Of a stretch of 32,000 nt of DNA, positions 27,618 through 32,000 are shown in pieces (within the stretch, counting starts at the first letter, position 1; each line of letters begins with the position of its first letter). Origin of the DNA: Acaryochloris marina S15 (GTDB lineage: Bacteria; Cyanobacteriota; Cyanobacteriia; Thermosynechococcales; Thermosynechococcaceae); NCBI RefSeq assembly GCF_018336915.1, contig NZ_CP064923.1, positions 2,850,001-2,882,000 on the forward strand, given 5' to 3'. The notes below the pieces were generated by a model. It saw only the letters and a list, made by a program, of their open reading frames with translations. It did not search any database and was not told the DNA's origin. A program made the position numbers and the translations under genes.

Positions 27618-30095
27618 ATGACAGACCTCACTCGTGTTGATCAACTCGGCTTACAGGCCCAGAAAGTGGGTAATCCCTTGGGCATTATCCGCAATCCTTC
27701 GGGGGATGTAGCGGTTCAGGCGGGGGAAATTTTTGAACTTAGCGTCACCGTTACCAATGATGGCATTCACAGTGCCATCATCAACATCGATATTACGGAC
27801 TCTACAGATATCGTGAGCCAATGGTGTACTTCCTCCCGGGAGAGCCTTGCCCTCAATCCGGGGGAAAGCAGTGAGGTCTTCTTCCGCATTCAGGTGCCAA
27901 CCGAAACCCTACCGGGCTTCTATCCCTATACCCTGGTCATTGATGCGCCAAAGCACTATCCCGAAGAAACCCCCATCCGCTATCCCGCTCGGCTACAGGT
28001 GCTGTCCTACGTGCGGGAAACAGCAGAAGTTAGTAATCCGGTCTTAGGGATTGCCCCTGCCACCACCGCTGCGTCACCCATGCCGTTGCAAGCAGGGGAT
28101 GCTTTAGCCTTAACGGTGCTCGTGGATAACCGATGCGATCGCGTCGATCGATTCCGGTTAATCTGTCCCGATTTGCCAGCCGAATGGGTAAAAATTATTT
28201 ATCCCGAAGGGCCCCAGACGGGAGTTGTGATTGCCAGTGAAGCTCTAGAACTCAACCCAGGGGATACGGGCCAGATTCAGGTTCTGATTCAGCCACCCCT
28301 CGATACGGATGCAGGTATTTACACCCCCACCATTCGTCTGTTTTCCATCAATAACCCCGAACTGGTGTTGTTGGAAGCGGTTTATCTGCACATCCTGCCC
28401 ATTTACCAGGTCGATATTGAGCTAATTTCCCTGGTTAGTCGGGTCAAAAATCAGTCGGGATGGTTTGAGCTGCGGCTCCATAATGCCGGAAATACCCCAC
28501 GAACCCTGAATCTACAGGTCCAGAATCTAGATGCAGAAGAACTCTGTGACTATACCCTTAGTCCCACCCAGGTCCATTTATTACCCCATGCCTCGACCAA
28601 GGTCAGCCTAGAAGTTCAGCCCACTCAATGGTGGAAACGTCCTTTTTATGGTCGTCCCCTCAATTTTGCTCTGGAGTTGGAGGATACTCAGCAACTTCCC
28701 CTGGTCAATAATCGCTTTCAAGGGGCATTGATTTGGGAACCCAGACCTTGGTGGCAATTGCTGCTGGTGATTTTGACCCTGTTTGGCACCTTGGTGGGGA
28801 TTGCTTTAATCGTATGGTGGTTACTGACCCGTCCCCCAGCCAGAGCTGAGATTATCAGCTTTGCCCCAGCGACTTACAACCTCAAAGAGGCGGATGGTCG
28901 TCCCATTGAACTGAGCTGGACCATCAAAAATCCTCATAAATTCAAGCAGCTTCAAATTAAAGGGGTTTCTCCTGACGGTGTTGTGATGAGTGGTCCCTTT
29001 GTCTACGATTTCCAAGGGGGAATGCCCCCAGAACTCAGCCATTTTTGTACCCTCGCCGAGGTGCTGCGGTGTCAGCAGGTGCCTACGGATGCACGCAAGC
29101 CAGGCACCTATCGATTTGATTTATCTCTCTCACCTCAACCTGAAGGCGTTCCTCAGCCCATTGCTGCTAAAACAGAGGCAATCGTAGTCCAACCCTTCCC
29201 ACCCCCTCAAATTCAACAATTTGAACCCACACAGACAACCTATACAGAACCCATTGGTCAGATCACCCCGAAGCAGTCATCAGGGATTTATCTGAATTGG
29301 CAAATTACCCAGAGCAAAGGGACTAAGGTGACGCTAATCGGTCGAGGAGCGGATAATGCCCCCGTTACGGCCCCCAAAATATTTGACTTCAATCAAGGTA
29401 TTCCTAAGTCTCTGCAAAAAAATTGTCGTTTGAACTCCCAAACCCTGGTTTGTCTGAATGTACCAACCGGGGTTCAGGACTCTGGGACCTATATCTTCGA
29501 ACTCCAGGTCACCCCAAAACCAACCCAGACCAACCCTCCTGCTGACCCATCTCCCATTATTCAGAAAACCGAGCCAATCCAGATTAAGCCAGGGCCAGTG
29601 CAAATTCAGGAATTCACAATTAATGGCAAGATTGCGAAACCCAAATATGTATTTGTCCTTAAAGATCAAAATCCATTAATGGTAAATGTGTCCTGGAAAG
29701 TTAAAGGCAGCAAAAATACTAAAGTCAATTTACTACCGGCACCAGGGACTGTTCCCCTCCAGGGCAAGGCGAATTTATCCTTTGGACCCACATCTGCCAC
29801 CCAAACTCTCACTCTGCAAGTCACGAATACCAAAGGCGAACAACAAAATCGATCCGTCGTGATTGAAACCGTAGCCCCTCCTGCTCCAGTGGCTCAAGCC
29901 CCCAAGGCCCCTGCAAGTTCTGCAGCCAATAGTTCTAATATTCCGGCGGCAGCTCCCAGCGTAGATCCCAACTCAGCGGCAACGCCTGCTCCACCGTTGC
30001 CGGATCCACCGTTGCCGGATCCACCAGGAGGCATTCAGCCCGTACCGCGCGATCGCAACTCGCCACCCCCAGCAGAATTACCTCCCCAGTTTTAG
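27618..30095 (+). CDS. Bitopic membrane protein: three N-terminal beta-sandwich modules, one TM helix, three Ig-like repeats, Pro/Ala-rich tail
   Basis: The TM helix WWQLLLVILTLFGTLVGIALIVWWLL is encoded at 28749-28826. C-terminal internal repeats begin near 28845, 29205 and 29598. The first two each carry a conserved Cys pair (SHFCTLAEVLRCQQVP / KNCRLNSQTLVCLNVP, followed by GTYRFDL / GTYIFEL). The tail is PAPPLPDPPLPDPPGG. There is no N-terminal signal peptide. Confidence 0.8.
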   Translation: MTDLTRVDQLGLQAQKVGNPLGIIRNPSGDVAVQAGEIFELSVTVTNDGIHSAIINIDITDSTDIVSQWCTSSRESLALNPGESSEVFFRIQVPTETLPGFYPYTLVIDAPKHYPEETPIRYPARLQVLSYVRETAEVSNPVLGIAPATTAASPMPLQAGDALALTVLVDNRCDRVDRFRLICPDLPAEWVKIIYPEGPQTGVVIASEALELNPGDTGQIQVLIQPPLDTDAGIYTPTIRLFSINNPELVLLEAVYLHILPIYQVDIELISLVSRVKNQSGWFELRLHNAGNTPRTLNLQVQNLDAEELCDYTLSPTQVHLLPHASTKVSLEVQPTQWWKRPFYGRPLNFALELEDTQQLPLVNNRFQGALIWEPRPWWQLLLVILTLFGTLVGIALIVWWLLTRPPARAEIISFAPATYNLKEADGRPIELSWTIKNPHKFKQLQIKGVSPDGVVMSGPFVYDFQGGMPPELSHFCTLAEVLRCQQVPTDARKPGTYRFDLSLSPQPEGVPQPIAAKTEAIVVQPFPPPQIQQFEPTQTTYTEPIGQITPKQSSGIYLNWQITQSKGTKVTLIGRGADNAPVTAPKIFDFNQGIPKSLQKNCRLNSQTLVCLNVPTGVQDSGTYIFELQVTPKPTQTNPPADPSPIIQKTEPIQIKPGPVQIQEFTINGKIAKPKYVFVLKDQNPLMVNVSWKVKGSKNTKVNLLPAPGTVPLQGKANLSFGPTSATQTLTLQVTNTKGEQQNRSVVIETVAPPAPVAQAPKAPASSAANSSNIPAAAPSVDPNSAATPAPPLPDPPLPDPPGGIQPVPRDRNSPPPAELPPQF
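29991..30020 (+). repeat. Perfect 15-bp in-frame tandem duplication (CCACCGTTGCCGGAT x2) encoding PPLPD-PPLPD
   Basis: Copies at 29991-30005 and 30006-30020, followed by a partial CCACC at 30021-30025. It lies inside the Pro-rich tail of the 825-aa ORF. Confidence 0.9.
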
Positions 30096-30170
30096 TTCAC
30101 GAATAATTACAACCCAGTCTTTTATGAGGGGCTCCTCTAAACTGTTAGCAACAAGAAAGGTAATACCATC

Positions 30171-30737
30171 ATGTTGCCCAACTGGCAGAAACTGTCTCAG
30201 ATCAAAGAACTCAGCCAATATTTTGAGGCTGATTTTGCCAGTTTCCAGCAGCAAGTTGAGCATCATATTCTGACGTTAGAGCAGTTCGACTCCAAAGAGC
30301 TGGATAAACTGGCCCTATTGCGAGTGCTTGAAGTCACCAATGGTTGCACTCAATGGGGATTGCGCCGACACGACCCGCATTGCTTATCGGTAGAACAGAC
30401 CCGTGACTGTATGAGGACTGTAATTGGATTTATTCTGGCTAAGCAGATTGATCTACCCAGTGGAGACTCTATTCGCTTCTCTCCGCCGATTGAACAGCTT
30501 ATGAATGAGGTCCGCGAACTCTATCATGCTGCCTTCAAAAAGCATGTTGAGGGCGCGGAACGAGAATACTATGCTTCTTCTGCAGCACAGTTCTTGGTCT
30601 ATGGCCGCCCGCGGCTAGAATCTGCAATACAGGTCGTAGCACAAGAGTTTGAGCCTCTCTTTACTCCCTATTATCTTGAACAGGGCCAAAACTATATCGC
30701 ACCCTATCTAGAGGCAATCCTGTCTGAAGAATCATAA
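30171..30737 (+). CDS. Hypothetical protein
   Basis: A 188-aa ORF, 75 nt downstream of and co-directional with the array. It has no recognisable motif, hydrophobic segment or signal peptide. Confidence 0.5.
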   Translation: MLPNWQKLSQIKELSQYFEADFASFQQQVEHHILTLEQFDSKELDKLALLRVLEVTNGCTQWGLRRHDPHCLSVEQTRDCMRTVIGFILAKQIDLPSGDSIRFSPPIEQLMNEVRELYHAAFKKHVEGAEREYYASSAAQFLVYGRPRLESAIQVVAQEFEPLFTPYYLEQGQNYIAPYLEAILSEES

Positions 30738-30971
30738 TGTTGTGCTTTGCATTAGTAGCAGTGCATAAACAAAAGCCATTTAGTAAATGGAGACCATTGC
30801 CAAACTTTCTCCTGCTGGGGTTCCTTTTTGGCAACAAGAAAAAATTTTCCACTATAGCGGGCAAGGTCTTTTTCATCCTTAGAGTCAGAATTGGTCAAAT
30901 CTACAAAACCTTATTTCTAAATGGGCATCCTTGTTCCATAACTAGAACAAGTCCACCATTAGAGATTAGAG

Positions 30972-31922
30972 ATGAACCATAAACAATCTTTCTTGAAGAT
31001 ATTGACGGGGATTGGATTATTATCTCTAACCAGTTGTAACAGCGTTTCTGGTAAAGGATCTGAACATGCATTCAATCAAGCAATTTGGCCCCAGCATTGT
31101 CAGAAACTCAGAAAAGAACTATCTCAACAACCTGGGGTCAAGATTACCTATCAACCCCTGCCGAAAGATATGGCCAGTCAGCCCAGCTGGAAGTTGAATT
31201 GGTATGGACGACAAATTCCTATCCCTGCTATCCAATACACTGATGTGTTGGTTATTCGAGATAAGGATGACAGTTCTGTGTTGCTCAAAGGCCAAATAGC
31301 CGACCAAACAGCTTCAGTTGTATTGAGCAGATCCCCAAAGATTGAGCCAATGGTAGATATTTTTGCTGAGATCGCAGACTCTGGTACCGCACAAAACTCA
31401 TCAGAAGGGATTGCTCTGACTCAAAAACTGTTCGGTGGCCCAGTCAGTGTCGAGCAACTATCGGACCTAGGATATCGCCACACCTTGGCTGACATAACCT
31501 GTGATAAGGCGAATTGGCAAGAGGAAGTTCCGATTGCTCTAGCATTCATCATCAAAGACATCGCAGCACCGATAGGTCCTAGTACATCGGCCTATAACCT
31601 CAATCCCGGCGTTTTACTCGCCAGCCAAAGTGAGTCCAAGGATAAGTGGTGGTCTAAATGGCATGATGAGCAATACGATGTCGAGGTGATATTGACTTTG
31701 CCAAAAGACCATCAGCAGGGCGATTTGGGGTTTGCTTTAGGGCAAGCCGATGGACCAGTTGCACCCAATGTACCTGTTTGGTTGGGGCAGTTAGAAACTG
31801 CGATCGCAAACCAAACACAACAAAATTGGCAGGCATTACGCATGGCCTTTAAGCAAGCCAAAATGTCAGATAAAAGTATTCAAAAAATTGAAGAGTTACT
31901 GGAGGCTTCCCAAGAAAGGTAA
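30972..31922 (+). CDS. Putative lipoprotein, function unknown
   Basis: A 316-aa ORF. The N-terminus MNHKQSFLKILTGIGLLSLTSC carries a lipobox (L-T-S-C) after a hydrophobic signal segment. Confidence 0.6.
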   Translation: MNHKQSFLKILTGIGLLSLTSCNSVSGKGSEHAFNQAIWPQHCQKLRKELSQQPGVKITYQPLPKDMASQPSWKLNWYGRQIPIPAIQYTDVLVIRDKDDSSVLLKGQIADQTASVVLSRSPKIEPMVDIFAEIADSGTAQNSSEGIALTQKLFGGPVSVEQLSDLGYRHTLADITCDKANWQEEVPIALAFIIKDIAAPIGPSTSAYNLNPGVLLASQSESKDKWWSKWHDEQYDVEVILTLPKDHQQGDLGFALGQADGPVAPNVPVWLGQLETAIANQTQQNWQALRMAFKQAKMSDKSIQKIEELLEASQER

Positions 31923-32000
31923 TATCAGACCCTGGGAATGGCCCTGTTCTAGCTTGTCTCACAACCGGTATAGAGTTGAAGGCAAAGCTTGAACATAGCC

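Noticed and set aside
18473-30095. Calling the array a complete eCIS/T6SS/tailocin or a prophage tail region
   Set aside because: Only the gp25, J and I wedge components are recognisable. No ORF in the window on either strand shows sheath, tube, spike, tape-measure, terminator or AAA+ ATPase features. There are also no capsid, terminase, integrase or lysis genes.
30737-30982. An 81-aa ORF in the gap before the lipoprotein gene
   Set aside because: It overlaps the stop of the upstream ORF and the start of the downstream one. Its composition is low-complexity and basic, and nothing else supports it.
1-32000. tRNA, rRNA, tmRNA or other structured RNA genes
   Set aside because: I saw no cloverleaf-compatible segments or rRNA-like conserved blocks in the intergenic regions while reading. 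This was not a formal scan.

Overview
This looks like a cyanobacterial chromosomal window. The basis is the many copies of the HIP1 palindrome GCGATCGC (e.g. 5843-5850, 10026-10033, 13285-13292, 13768-13775, 21292-21299, 28135-28142). I found no rRNA, tRNA or CRISPR array.

Layout:
(1) 51-7865, + strand: an AsnB-family amidotransferase, a SAM methyltransferase, an unusual tandem-duplicated glutaminase, and an Opu-type osmoprotectant ABC importer (ATPase plus a fused permease/binding-protein gene).
(2) 7866-11070: an AT-richer, ORF-poor accessory patch. It holds one large hypothetical gene (- strand), a small membrane ORF and a decayed IS1-family transposase N-terminus.
(3) 11072-17955, - strand: a MIP/aquaporin with a Cys-rich tail, a GH63-like glucosidase, a glycogen-debranching (amylo-alpha-1,6-glucosidase) enzyme and a Bacillus-type glucose 1-dehydrogenase.
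(4) 18473-30095, + strand: the most interesting part, a tightly packed seven-gene array. It opens with the three conserved contractile-injection-system baseplate-wedge genes in P2 W-J-I order (gp25-like, baseplate J/gp6-like, tail protein I/gp7-like). No sheath, tube, spike, tape-measure or AAA+ ATPase gene lies anywhere in the window. The array continues with a protein carrying a DUF4159-like C-terminus, a TM-HAMP-2x cNMP-binding sensor, a bitopic membrane WD40 protein and a bitopic membrane protein with Cys-paired Ig-like repeats. A recurring beta-sandwich module appears in the tail-I-like protein and in both membrane proteins.
(5) 30171-31922: a hypothetical protein and a lipoprotein.

All family assignments come from motifs read by eye and from recollection of those families. 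No database search was run.
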